A stretch of DNA of 63,517 nucleotides, counting the filler, from Octopus bimaculoides (Eukaryota): the NCBI RefSeq assembly GCF_001194135.2. It is 6 parts of 5 records of this genome, joined end to end, with 100 filler letters (N's around TTAATTAATTAA, not from the genome) between each part and the next. Parts side by side here need not be neighbours in the genome. Positions count along the whole stretch, not along the records: positions 22,280 to 45,749 come from NC_068985.1; 5 more parts are not named here. One strand, 5' to 3'. The stretch's first letter is position 1. Each line of letters opens with the position of its first letter. The position numbers and the translations under genes are program-made. The notes under the pieces were generated by a model that saw only the letters and a program-made list of their open reading frames with translations, did no database searches and had not been told where the DNA came from. Below, piece after piece: positions 24,778-38,418 of this stretch.

Positions 24778-25960
24778 AATAACTGAGCAGAGATTAGTTG
24801 ATGAAGCCAATGCTATTAGGAGAAACAAGTGGATGACAACATTGGAAGTAGAGGATATCACAAGAGAACTGGAAAAGAAATACCAGGCAGCAGCAAAAAA
24901 CAACAATAACATAAGAGATACAGCTCAAACCAATCAAGAACCTAAAGGAAAAATATAATAATAGCGCTACCAGTAAGGAAGTGACAACTAGCACCAACGA
25001 TTTAGGTTATTTAAGTTTTGAGGATCAGGAGATTTAGATGAGATGCAGGAAGTAATGAGTAAAGAAGTGAGAAAAGAAAATTGGTAGAGTTGAAGGCATA
25101 AACAGAATGAAGCTGGTAGAAATGACTGGAAAAGTAGATAGTGTTATCAGTAGATGCTAAAAATATAGGAAACACTAACTTATTAATCTATACAGGAGGG
25201 GCAGTAGATATCGCATACGGAATGATTAATAAAGATCAAATGTGGAAAAGGCGATACAAAATAAAGTGAAGAGTTTAAGACAAGATGTGAGTAGAATAGA
25301 AACTTAGAAACTGATCAAGATAGGAAACACAAGATGCAAATCTTCCCTTGAGAAAATATATTTGGTCAAAGAGAAAGGATTTGGGACAACAATAGAAGAG
25401 TTGAAACAGCGTGTCAGAGCAGTAGGAGGCAAGCTCGCCAGATATCAGCAAAGAAGAGCAGTAACAATAAAATAGATTATTTGAGACAGACCAGAGTAGC
25501 TTTTATAACCAAATAAATAACGGTGAACGAAGAAATGAAGACGAGAAACCAAATGGAGGAAAGACTAGAATGTTCTGGAGTAATGTCTAGGATAAGCCAG
25601 TCAATCACAATAGAGATACAGTATGGTTAAAGTGAGGGAGAGAATAAATAGTGAGTGAGAAGCAGCCAGATATAAGACTAACTAGTGCATTAAGGAATAA
25701 AATATTAAGAAAATGCCGAATTGGGAGGGCCCAGGACCAGATTTATTTCAAAGGCAATGGCTAAAGATATTTAGTTTACATTGAAGGCTGAGGGAATAAA
25801 TTCAGGTTCGCCTTAATAGAGAAATAGCATCACTTAGGATAACTAGAGGGAGAACAATACTCGTTATTGAATGATAAGTTAAAAGGGTGCTGAGCTAGCA
25901 ACTGTAGAACAATCACTTGCTTATCATTTGTGTGGAAGCTGTTAAGCAGGGTTATCTATG
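24778..25960 (+). mobile_element. R4/Dong-like non-LTR retrotransposon relic (N-terminal region to start of RT)
   Basis: Joined translation gives ITEQRLVDEANAIRRNKWMTTLEVEDI..IEELKQRVRAVGGKLARYQQR..FWSNV..KMPNWEGPGPD..WLK..TRGRTIL..NCRTITCLSFVWKLLSRVI, matching the R4-clade pattern NWKAPGPD..GRTVL..NYRPITCLP.MWKLL; many stops. Confidence 0.78.
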
Positions 25961-26361
25961 TTCCATTTTGAGATCAATTTCTTAATTGTACTATCAAAGT
26001 TGTATTTTCTGAATTACAGGCAATGCCCTACACTTAGGTTCAAACACAAACATATTAAATTAGTACGACTATGATTTCATACTAATTTAATTTACTTATA
26101 TGCACTGAAATATTTTGTAAGAACGTCACAATTTCTATTTAACTCTTGCCCAAGATTAAATTTTCTTTTAGAGAAGATTACTGCAAAGTAATGCAACATG
26201 GCTGATATCATGCACGTTGATTGCTTTATCAGTAGATTAACATCCACCTATACACACATGAACTCACATGTTTATAATTATAGATACACACACACACACA
26301 TATGTATATATCTATATGTTTATATATATATATATAGATATATATATGTATATGTATGTGT

Positions 26362-26433
<72 letters not shown>

Positions 26434-26964
26434 TGTTTGAGACATACATATATATCAACACACAAAAGCACGTGTATAAGTAGGTATATGTATATGCATA
26501 CACACACGCACAAAGGCACACATATCTGTACATACATATACATGCAGACATACATCTCTTCACATACTTACATGCATATATTCATACGTATTTTTGTGTA
26601 TACGTGTTCCTCCATACATATATACGTGCTAGGGTGCCTATTTCTTTAGTGAAAAGAAACATGGCGAAATACTTTTCAAATAATATTATTACTACATCGC
26701 TTTCAACCACTATTTTTTCAAACACACATACACATACACATACATACATACACACAAACACACACGCCTATGCGCTTATACGTACACATATAGCCACAAA
26801 CACACACACACGGCTATGCACTTACACGCACAAACATAAACACAAACACACATACACATCTGTTAATAATCGATACAGAAGACGAAGTGTAACTAGAATC
26901 TTTATTTGGCTCAACAATTCTTACAGGTTCCTATTACACTGCGCCCCCCCATATATATATATAT

Positions 26965-27076
<112 letters not shown>

Positions 27077-28835
27077 TGTTTGTGTTCAGGTGTTCGGATT
27101 AATTGGAGAATTTTTAAAGCTAGCTTCTGCTATTTGTCAATAAAGAGACGGGCGTTTCGAACCTGTTCATGCCCTGCGTATGGTGAAATTATGAAAGGAT
27201 ATTTGAATAGAAGTTCGTTCTGGAAAGTCGAAGCGTCGAGGCTATCCTCTATCCCGATGAGTTTGTTAGAGTGTGTTTCATTGTGCAGCAAAAACTTCCC
27301 GGCAGTGTTTAACAGAAAGCGAGCTTTTCCGCAGCAACACAAGATCTCGTGCCCAGAATAAACTCCAGGAAATTGAGGGAATCGAACCGATACCACACAT
27401 AGTATATCTCAACACTTGGACAATGAACTTGTGATATGTCAACTGAGCTGCGTTACAAAAGATGTTATGAACATAAAACATCCGACATGATGAGCTAAAA
27501 GGATTCATTATAGCGGATTTCTAAGATATGTTTGGAAATTTCAACAGTGTACATGTCTCATGAATTAGAGCGCGGTTGGGAAACTCTTGTAGGTTACACC
27601 TCTGTTTTTGTGCAAGAACTCGTATCAATAGTTTATTAATTTGCAAGATATAAGCCATTTATATGCATACAGAAAAACAAAACAATAAAAAAAACGAATG
27701 ACAGTTTCGCCAGAAGTGGCAGTTTTGTCTCTAACATAATTCAAACATATATTGTGACTGATTTTGCCCTAAAAAGTCATAGGCTACAAACAGTCATTAA
27801 CTAGATATTTAGATACATGATAACGCAGAATATGACAGTGACAATTATAACTTATAAAGATAATGAGAAAATCATTGCTCAAATTGTTGATAGTACAGTT
27901 TCGTGACGGTATGGTCAACTAAAAAAGTATACCGTCTGGTGCAAGATAAATATTACATGTTTGTATGTGCTACTGAAAGTTTCATATGTAGAGAAATACG
28001 TCACACATAATCACCAGGCTCAAACAACATACATAACGAACTAAAAATGATTGAGAGAAGAATCGTGGAAAGTTTAGAAAGAATCATATAGAAAATTTGA
28101 AAGGTGAAACGACGGAAAACGAAAGGAAAGAGTAAAGAGTGATTCGCCTTAGAGTTTAAATTATAAAGCTGGAAAGAGATCAAAAACGTTAATCAGATAC
28201 AGGTGGGATTTTATATATTCACTTGTTGATAGGTGTCCAGACTCATAATTTAAGGTCTAAGGAAGATAAATCATTTACATTCTTTTTTTTTTACTTTTTA
28301 CTTTTAACTTTATCATTTTCCGTTTTGTACACATCTATGTTTTCTATATGTCTCCTTGTCAACATTCTGCGTTTCTTTATCCATTGAATTTTTTTGTTTG
28401 TTATTATATGTCGATTGTGATTGATGAATATGTTTGAGATATTTCTGAGAAATATGAAACTATTAGTAGCACAGAACGTATGTAGAGCGTGCATACATAT
28501 ATGCATTTATTAATAAATAAATAAATAAATATATANNNNNNNNNNNNNNNNNNNNNNNNNNNNNNNNNNNNNNNNNNNNNNNNNNNNNNNNNNNNNNNNN
28601 NNNNNNNNNNNNNNNNNNNNNNNNNNNNNNNNNNNNNNNNNNNNNNNNNNNNNNNNNNNNNNNNNNNNNNNNNNNNNNNNNNNNNNNNNNNNNNNNNNNN
28701 NNNNNNNNNNNNNNNNNNNNNNNNNNNNNNNNNNNNNNNNNNNNNNNNNNNNNNNNNNNNNNNNNNNNNNNNNNNNNNNNNNNNNNNNNNNNNNNNNNNN
28801 NNNTGTGTGTATATGTATACACACACACACCCACC

Positions 28836-28867
<32 letters not shown>

Positions 28868-29151
28868 CATATGTAGAGATATATATTTGCTGATATGCAC
28901 ATATTTAAATACATATATGTGAGTGCGTGTGAGCGGGGGTGTAACCACACATACGCACTAAAATACAGTAATAAGTTTTAGTGATAATTTTCTATTAAAA
29001 ACAACTGGATAGGAAAGATTATACAGTTATCGATTAATACCAATAGTTACGCTTCGTCTTCAGTCTTTTAATTACAGATCTTACCAAAGGAATGCTCTAG
29101 GAACACTTTAGTTTTGTCTACATTCTCATATTCATTTTAAAATATATATAT

Positions 29152-29422
29152 AACTGTGAGGTTGTGAGTTCGAATCCCGTACCGGGCTGCGTATTGCGTT
29201 CCTGAGCAAGACACTTTACTTCACGTTGTTCCAGTTCACTCAGCTGTAGAATTGAGTTGTGACGCAACTGGTGCCAAGCTGTATCGGCCCCTTTGCCTTT
29301 CCCTCGGATAACATCAGTGGTGTGGAGACGGGAGGCTGGTAATCAGCCTTGCCCAGACTTGTGCCTCGGTGGGTAACTTTCTAGGTGCAATCCCATTTTC
29401 ATTCGTGACCGAAGGGTGTCTT
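29152..29422 (+). mobile_element. 5'-truncated tRNA-derived SINE with a CORE-like block
   Basis: B box gagttcgaatccc followed by tcctgagcaagacactttac..ccagttcactcagctg; no A box seen; only one copy in the window. Confidence 0.7.
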
Positions 29423-32400
29423 CGATATATATATATATATATATATATANNNNNNNNNNNNNNNNNNNNNNNNNNNNNNNNNNNNNNNNNNNNNNNNNNN
29501 NNNNNNNNNNNNNNNNNNNNNNNNNNNNNNNNNNNNNNNNNNNNNNNNNNNNNNNNNNNNNNNNNNNNNNNNNNNNNNNNNNNNNNNNNNNNNNNNNNNN
29601 NNNNNNNNNNNNNNNNNNNNNNNNNNNNNNNNNNNNNNNNNNNNNNNNNNNNNNNNNNNNNNNNNNNNNNNNNNNNNNNNNNNNNNNNNNNNNNNNNNNN
29701 NNNNNNNNNNNNNNNNNNNNNNNNNNNNNNNNNNNNNNNNNNNNNNNNNNNNNNNNNNNNNNNNNNNNNNNNNNNNNNNNNNNNNNNNNNNNNNNNNNNN
29801 NNNNNNNNNNNNNNNNNNNNNNNNNNNNNNNNNNNNNNNNNNNNNNNNNNNNNNNNNNNNNNNNNNNNNNNNNNNNNNNNNNNNNNNNNNNNNNNNNNNN
29901 NNNNNNNNNNNNNNNNNNNNNNNNNNNNNNNNNNNNNNNNNNNNNNNNNNNNNNNNNNNNNNNNNNNNNNNNNNNNNNNNNNNNNNNNNNNNNNNNNNNN
30001 NNNNNNNNNNNNNNNNNNNNNNNNNNNNNNNNNNNNNNNNNNNNNNNNNNNNNNNNNNNNNNNNNNNNNNNNNNNNNNNNNNNNNNNNNNNNNNNNNNNN
30101 NNNNNNNNNNNNNNNNNNNNNNNNNNNNNNNNNNNNNNNNNNNNNNNNNNNNNNNNNATATATATACATATATATATTTATATTATATGAATTATACGAA
30201 TATGTATCTATATATGTATATGTATGTATTATAGATTAATATGTGTGTACACTCCATATTTCAGTGGCCCTATATACCGTACATATTTGTGTGGGCGTCT
30301 GTGTTTGTGTGGTTTTAGTCTAATGATTTATTTCTTAGTATTCCTAACTTTACTACACTGAATACGAAATATGCTATTTGGATGGCTCTCATAAAACTCT
30401 AAAATATGGGTCATGAAAATTTAGTTGTACAGATGTCTTTAGACTTACATTCCTTTCATAGAAATCTATTCCGTTGTCTGCTTGATGAGACAGCAAATTC
30501 TGAAATATGCAATTACCATAAAGTCTAGCCTATACCCTAAAGATATGTCTATGTCTGTAAATATTCCACCAGGAATAGTGAATAGACTTCATGGAGCACT
30601 AATATAAGTCTTCTTCAAGATATTGCATTCTTTCATCAAATTTATGTTCTGTACTGTATTCACAGTGTGCTTCGGCAAAACGTGTTGTTCGATGTAAGAA
30701 AAAAAAGTGGGTTGCATCACACTATCGATGAATGACGCCTATTACAATTATTACTTCGCTTTAGTTAAAAGTTATGTAATAAATTATCTATGACGTCAGA
30801 TACAAAGGCATGTATACAATATTCAAGCACTCAGTCTATATTTATGAATTTCACTGATATACAAATTACGTGGTGTGCCGCCACCTGTTTACCGGCAAAA
30901 TTTCCTGCTGCATCTCAGAAAGTAACACTTAGTTCATATCTATGTATGTATGTATGTATGTATGTATGTGTGTGTGTGTATATATGTATACATGCATGTA
31001 TGTATGTATGTATGTGTGCATATATATATGTATATATGTATGAGTATATGGTGCTTGTAAGTATGTGCGTATGCATATGTGTACATGCGCATACATGCGT
31101 ATACGCCTATACGGATGTATGTATGTATATACATATGAATCGATGTACCTATTTATGTATATATGTAACTATTTAGGTATGAAAGTGTGTAGACGTGTCT
31201 GCGTCTGTGTATATGTGCATGTACATGTGAACGTATGTCTATGCACTAATATGTGTGTCGGTTCCAATTATATATATTTATAAGTCCCTCTCACCACCGT
31301 CTAGAGGTGAATGGATGTAGTGTTTTAGGTACATACATGCAAATATTAACATACGTATACATATGTACAAGTACATATAATCATATAAAAGCGTATACAC
31401 ACACACATATATAGGTATAATTTTAAAATATGCAGATACATACGCTTATTCATGTACACATATGTCACTATTTTCGTAGACAACGGTTAAAATTCAAAGA
31501 CTTGTTTTCCTTATATTTAAATGGACATACAAATATATCTAAAATATATACATATATCTACACACATATTCAAACGTGCATGCATATACACACTCATACA
31601 CACACATATTCACACACGTAGATACATACACCCGTACACACATACACACGCACGCTAAAATACACTTACATCTACACATACGTAGATCGATATTAATCTA
31701 CGTACACTCATACGATTATATATAAATACATATATGCATTTGTGTATAATGCATCTCAGCATGTATGAATATTGCTATATCTTGAGTTTCTTGCCGTTCA
31801 TGTATGTTTTATTGTTCTGCGATCTTGGATAGCAGGCGGTCAACTTGTTTCTTAAAACCATGAATTAATACCACACATTGAGCCCTCATATAATTTGGTA
31901 ACTTGTTAAAACACGTGGGCCATTTAAACAATAGCTTTGTTGCAGTACATGATCCTTTCTCTAGTCAGAATCGGTCAGGCATTGGGAAGTGTTCGGTGAC
32001 GCCCTTTTTCAGTGTGAATCCAAGAGAGGAATATGCTGATTAAAATCATAAATAATTAACACCTCTTCCTGTATTTCCTTTTACACNNNNNNNNNNTAGT
32101 TGAGGGGTATCCCGTTAAGAACGTATTAGAGTCTAAAAGAGAGCTCCTTCACCTTTAGAATAACCAGATACTCTGCAGTATTATGGTATACTACCAATTC
32201 TAGGTTTAGGCATTCCTCGTGTGTGAAAAATTAAAATGAAAGAATAAATAGAGTCAAAAGTAAGAGGCAGGACGATTCAATAGCTGTTTAATGACCACTA
32301 CATATGTTTCGAAATATATGCAGTGGTCATTAAAGAGCTGGCGAATCGTACTCTCTGTTACTTTTGACTCTATTAGCGTGTACGAGTGTGTGCCTGTTTC

Positions 32401-32887
32401 TATGTGTGCGTGCGAATGTTTATGTGTGTGTATCTGTTTGTCTAATTACAAGCGAAGAGATCATCAGCCTGACACTTTATCCTAATTGACGTGCGGATCT
32501 GATTGGTGCAGTATCATTAGGAAACTCAATTTAATTAAATATGTACATGTGTAAAGACTACTATATATTTGAAATCAATTGAAGCCATTGCATGTTCGCA
32601 TAGTAACAGCCACTGGTCAGTCTAGTGTCATTGAATGTGTGCTGTTTATGAATTATTACTTGGTGGAAGGAAACTGAAAGAAGCCCGTCGTAGCGAACAC
32701 GTTACAATGAAGTAGAGAAATTTGAAAAGACAACACGAAACCGGTTATTTCTCAAAATTCAATGTTTATATACCAAAAAGATTTTATAACATTTTTATAA
32801 CATTTTTCTAAAACTTTTCTGACATAATTTAAATATATACTTTAACCATGTAACACAAGCTTTCTGTAGTTTTTTCACTCTTATTAT

Positions 32888-32924
<37 letters not shown>

Positions 32925-33103
32925 NNNNNNNNNNNNNNNNNNNNNNNNNNNNNNNNNNNNNNNNNNNNNNNNNNNNNNNNNNNNNNNNNNNNNNNNNNNN
33001 NNNNNNNNNNNNNNNNNNNNNNNNNNNNNNNNNNNNNNNNNNNNNNNNNNNNNNNNNNNNNNNNNNNNNNNNNNNNNNNNNNNNNNNNNNNNNNNNNNNN
33101 NNN

Positions 33104-33316
33104 ATGTGTGTGCATATGTTTGTGTCTGTGTTTGTCTCCCCAACATCCTTGACAACCAATGCTGGTGTGTTTACGTCCCCGTTAACTAGCGGTTCGACAA
33201 AAGTGGCCGATAGAATAAGTACTAGGCTTACAAAGAATAATACCTGGGCCGATGTGCTCGAATAAAGGCGGTGCTCCTGCATGGCTACAGTCAAATAACT
33301 GAAACAAGTAAAAGAA
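33104..33316 (+). mobile_element. SINE family O 3' half
   Basis: Matches 3094-3337; an isolated 5'-half end (ggaaactgaaagaagcccgtcg) lies at 32669-32690. Confidence 0.88.
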
Positions 33317-35178
33317 TATCGTAAATCAGGTCAGACGATGTAAAGTTCCAGAAGCTCTAGAAATATGAGAGTATTCTGTAGGACTATGCTGTATTCAGTT
33401 TTCATTAGACGTGTCAGTGTATGATTATGCCGTGGTATAAAGCAGAGTTTTGACGACGTGCGATGTTTTCTGTTTTAAAAGTGATAATGTGTTTGCGCGC
33501 ATATGTGTTACATAGGTCGGTCTGTCGGTCAAGGATTTGAAGAGAGTGTGAAGTCATTCTTATATAAATGAGAAGACATTTGACCGAATGAAAACACGTC
33601 AGGTGGGATTAATCTTTGAAGGTTTATCTAAATTAAAAGATTATTTGTTGAATGTTATTTGCAAAACTATTTGTTCGCTTGAAATCCATGTTTGCTAAAA
33701 AAAACAAACAAAAAAAAACAAAGTTTAGTAGCAACAAACAGCAGTTGTCAAAGTAAAAAGAAAGAAGAAATTTCATTTTTTTTTTGTCTGGAAGTTAACG
33801 CATACACATAGAAGAAAGTGAAAATTTTCCATTTCAGTGACGTCTCGCGTTACGTTTGTATTATTACAACTCAACGACAACGTGCGCAATAGTTTCTTCT
33901 TCAGCGTAGCCAACATCAGTAGAAGAGATATCTGAAAGAGTAGAATTCCTTGTTGACTATTATTTGAGGGATGCATAATCTAAGTTAATGTAGTATAGAT
34001 GTATTTTGGGAAGGATTTGTACAAAATTCAGGAGGTAGAGATTACTTTGTCGTATTTAGAAACATTGATAAAATTAAGCTTCATATTTTTGGCTCACTGG
34101 CAACGATGTAAGAAGTATGATATACAGAGGTAAGAGCGGAATCTACATAATCAATGACACTATATATCCTAGAAAAATTCTTAAAGTAACGCACCCACAG
34201 TAACTATGATTTCGGCATCATTAATATAACTGCTACCAAGTATAGAATGTCACATTGTGATTAATTATTTACTGCATATTATTATGAAAACGAAATATTT
34301 TATTTCACGTAAATATTACAAGTAATTGTGATCTTCAAATTTCGCACAGCATACCAATATGAACTATATGATTAGATGTCAAAATGAAAGTATAAATTTC
34401 TTAAACGAATAAAGGAAGTAGATGCTTTTGTAACTGACATTTCTTTTGTCATACTCAAACTAGTTTTAGTCACCTTAAAATTAATTATTAACAGACCTTA
34501 CCTAAATGCACAATAAGTCTTCTTCTGCACATTAAATGTTATAACATCAAATTTTGTAAAGAATAAAATATTTCAAGCACAGTTTTCGAGGGAAAGCAAA
34601 ATAATTATATAGCGTTCATTTTTCTAAATATCTCTACATAATGTCATATATCATATCACACGTTTCAACGCGGCGATATAAGTAAGTGATTCAACATCTA
34701 ATTAAAACTGAATACAGAATTTTTCTTTCGGATATGCACATCATTAAAATTTTCCAAATCAAATAAGCTTAAATATAACCTATCCCAATAGAAGCATGCT
34801 GATACTTATGCCACAACCACGATCAATCTAAGTAGGAAAAAATATAGTAGGATTGTAATGGTGTACCAATTCAGCTCGCACAGAGCTTATGAGTATACTG
34901 TTAAGTTGTTACTTGAAAATCCATGCACAATAGATTCACATTCAAACTAATACATGCGATTTAAAAGAAAAAACCTCAAGGACTATTACACAGATATATT
35001 TTAAAACACAATATAGAAAATTCAATCTTTTTTTGTCGTCAAGATATGTACGACTGATACCGTTTCAGACATATGAATAGCAATATCTTAAAAATATATC
35101 TTAAATGATACAGTATGTTGCGAACATTTGTTCAAAATGTAATATACAGTTCAGATATTAATATTTACTTCCTTTAAA

Positions 35179-35300
35179 GCGTCGTGCTGGCAGAAGAGTT
35201 AGCACACCGGGTAAAACGTTCTCAGGTCAAAGTCTGCCGAGTTCGACTTTACCTTTCATCATTTTGTGGCTGATAAAATAAGTAAGGGTTGAGCTCTTGA
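35179..35300 (+). mobile_element. SINE family N, old internally deleted copy
   Basis: gctggcagaagagttagcacaccggg..gccgagttcgactttacctttcatc..gataaaataagta. Confidence 0.7.
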
Positions 35301-35378
35301 ATGAATATCATCAACTCACGCCCAGACCAGACTTGATGACTTTCTGCTAAAATTGGAAATCAGTATTTACTTTCTTTA

Positions 35379-35588
35379 TAGCAGCGAGCTGGCAGAATCG
35401 TTAGCACGTCGGGCGAAATGATTAGAGGTACTTCGTCTGCCGCTACCATCTGAGCTCAAATTCCGCCGAGGTCGACTTTGCCTTTCATCATTTCGTGGTC
35501 GATTAAATAAGTACCAGTTACCTACTGGGTTCGATATAGTCGACTTAATCCGTTCGTCTGTCCCCTCTGCGGGCAGTAAATAAATAAG
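35379..35588 (+). mobile_element. SINE family N, long-tail copy
   Basis: gcgagctggcagaatcgttagcacg..gaggtcgactttgcctttcatc..gggcagtaaataaataag. Confidence 0.9.
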
Positions 35589-35777
35589 AATCGTTAACAA
35601 GCCAAGCAAAATACTTAGCGGCAGTTCGTCCGCCATTACGTTCTGAGTTGAAATTCCGCAGATGTCGACTTTGCTTTTCATACTTCCATAATGAAAGTGC
35701 CAAATGAAAACTGGTGTCGATGTAATTGATCTACTTACCTTGCCGAAATTTCTTGCCTTGTGGCAAAATTTGAAACG
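35589..35777 (+). mobile_element. SINE family N, older short-tail copy lacking the first ~18 nt of its head
   Basis: Starts at aatcgttaac directly after ataag; ends gccttgtggcaaaatttgaaacg. Confidence 0.82.
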
Positions 35778-37020
35778 AACGTTTACCTTCTTGAGAAGGT
35801 AGCTTCATATATTTGCTATTTTTATGTTTGTGATTCGCGAAACTCATTGTATAACTATAATAAAATTAACATTTTTAAACTGATAGTCAGGTCATGTAAT
35901 TAAAAGATAAGGAGAAAATTATAAAGGTCCTGTGGTAAACCTAAATCTTGTAAAGATCTTAATACAAACTTCTACAGGTTCTACCGTGATATAAATTAAA
36001 TAAATTTTCACATGAGCATCAACACAGTTTCATGGAGTAAAATTTTAAAACTGTATGCATTGAAAGTTTCTTTTCAGCAATATTTTTATCAAGTGAAATG
36101 ATGTAAAACTCAATGAATCCAGATAAGATTTGAAACTCTGAAATATGTAAATATAATCAGAGCACGTGGAATTTCCTTCGTACCTTTATATAATCTAATA
36201 TTTCTTACGGACAAAAGCACCTTGAATTTGAGCATTGCAATTTCAATGGAAAGTTTCAAACAACATAAAGTATTACATATTAAACAAATTATTTCCAGTC
36301 GCTTCGATATCTAACGCAATGAATTAAGTATTCAAGTTGCCGGATATTACATAGAATTGAGCATTAAAACAAGAATTTCAAACAAGTAAATGTTTAATTC
36401 AATAGCATTAATACAACGAGGCATCCAATAAATTCTACTATGAGTAATTAAACAAAGTTAATAAGATGACTACACCATATGGAAATAAACTATGTAAATA
36501 AACACAATTATTAATATACATACACAAATATTGTACCGATGTATTCACAAACGTTTACATTAACGCACAATCGCGCGCATACATACACACACTCTATAAA
36601 CATATATATTATATACAATATATTCAATATTACAAGCCTAGAACAACAGTTGTACTCTAAATTACCCCTACAATTATATGAATAGAAATATCTGTTCACG
36701 ACATCTTACGTCTATTTCATTTCCTGGACGAACAAAAACAGTAAAACTTCCATACATAATGAAATATCCATTAATAAGTTGAAAACGTCTAAAAATATAA
36801 ATACGGTACTGTATTTTAACGAACAAATTCCTATTAAATATTTTCTAGAGACAAGAGTTTATATCCGTAGCATAGATGAGTTATGTTAATTTGAATGAAG
36901 GGGTATAGCGGTAAAGCAAAGCTTAAAAGTACATGTAAATCCGCTCATAGCCAAATTCCAAACGATTATTAAGCATAATTTGTCCTCTGATTTTCTGATA
37001 GCGTTATATATAATTGACAT

Positions 37021-37205
37021 AACGCAGCGAGCTCCCAGAGACCTTAATGGTCAGAGCAAAACGATCAACATCTTTAAGGTCTGAGTTCAAATTCATCTGA
37101 AATCGACTTTGCCTTTCGTCATTTCATGGTCGATAAAATAAGTACAAACAGATTACCAGGGTCGATGCAATCAGCTATACACTCAAATTCTAGACTTTGT
37201 GCCTG
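37021..37205 (+). mobile_element. SINE family N, old copy
   Basis: gcagcgagctcccagag..ctgagttcaaattc..gactttgcctttcgtc..gtcgataaaataagtac. Confidence 0.75.
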
Positions 37206-37220
37206 TAATAATAATGATTA

Positions 37221-37438
37221 TTCTTTTATTTGTTTCAGTCATTTGCCTGGGGCCATGCTGGAGCACTGCCTTTTTAGTCGAACAAATCGACCCCAGGACA
37301 TATTTTTGTAAGCTTAGTACTAATTTTATCGGTTTCACTTTCTGAACCGCTAATGTATTGGGGATGTAAACCCACCAACATCGGTTGTCAAGTGATGATG
37401 GGGGACAAAACAGACACAGACAAACACACACACACACA
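37221..37438 (-). mobile_element. SINE family O 3' half
   Basis: Reverse complement of the 3094-3337 sequence; runs into (CA)n and a gap. Confidence 0.85.
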
Positions 37439-37863
37439 NNNNNNNNNNNNNNNNNNNNNNNNNNNNNNNNNNNNNNNNNNNNNNNNNNNNNNNNNNNNNN
37501 NNNNNNNNNNNNNNNNNNNNNNNNNNNNNNNNNNNNNNNNNNNNNNNNNNNNNNNNNNNNNNNNNNNNNNNNNNNNNNNNNNNNNNNNNNNNNNNNNNNN
37601 NNNNNNNNNNNNNNNNNNNNNNNNNNNNNNNNNNNNNNNNNNNNNNNNNNNNNNNNNNNNNNNNNNNNNNNNNNNNNNNNNNNNNNNNNNNNNNNNNNNN
37701 NNNNNNNNNNNNNNNNNNNNNNNNNNNNNNNNNNNNNNNNNNNNNNNNNNNNNNNNNNNNNNNNNNNNNNNNNNNNNNNNNNNNNNNNNNNNNNNNNNNN
37801 NNNNNNNNNNNNNNNNNNNNNNNNNNNNNNNNNNNNNNNNNNNNNNNNNNNNNNNNNNNNNTT

Positions 37864-38088
37864 TGTTAAATATCGGTTTCGAATTTGGTCATACGGCCAG
37901 CAATTTCTCAGAAGAATTAAATGGATTACATCGACGCTGGTGCCCAACGGGTGCTAATTTAATCGACCCCGAAAAGGGTTAACACGCAAAGTTGTCCTCT
38001 TCGAAATTTTGAATTGAGAACTTAAATCCGGACGAAATGCTTCGAAACATTTTGCCTGGAGTGATAACGGTTCTCACAGTTTGCGACC
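37864..38088 (-). mobile_element. SINE family N, old copy
   Basis: ttaatcgaccccgaaaagg..aattttgaattgagaac..cattttgcctggagtgataacggttct. Confidence 0.72.
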
Positions 38089-38169
38089 TGAACTGTGTTA
38101 AAAACACAGGGCTAGTAATTTCGAGGGAGTGGGGTAAGTCGATTACCAATTTCATCATCAGGATCATAC

Positions 38170-38181
38170 GCATCGTCGTCG

Positions 38182-38222
<41 letters not shown>

Positions 38223-38278
38223 GCCATCATCATCATCGTCATCATCATCATCATCATCATCATCACCATCACCATCAC

Positions 38279-38318
<40 letters not shown>

Positions 38319-38418
38319 GTCATCATCATCATCGTCATCATCATCATCATCATCATCGTCATCACCATCACAATCATCATCATCATCATCATCGTCATAA
38401 TCATCATCATCATCAACA
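38170..38418. repeat. (CAT)n microsatellite
   Basis: Direct reading; source of the poly-Ile/Met ORFs. Confidence 0.95.

Noticed and set aside
32884-33294. Signal-peptide-like ORF MTVAMQEH..VLFFVSLVLILSATFVEPL
   Set aside because: Antisense translation of the family-O SINE 3' half.
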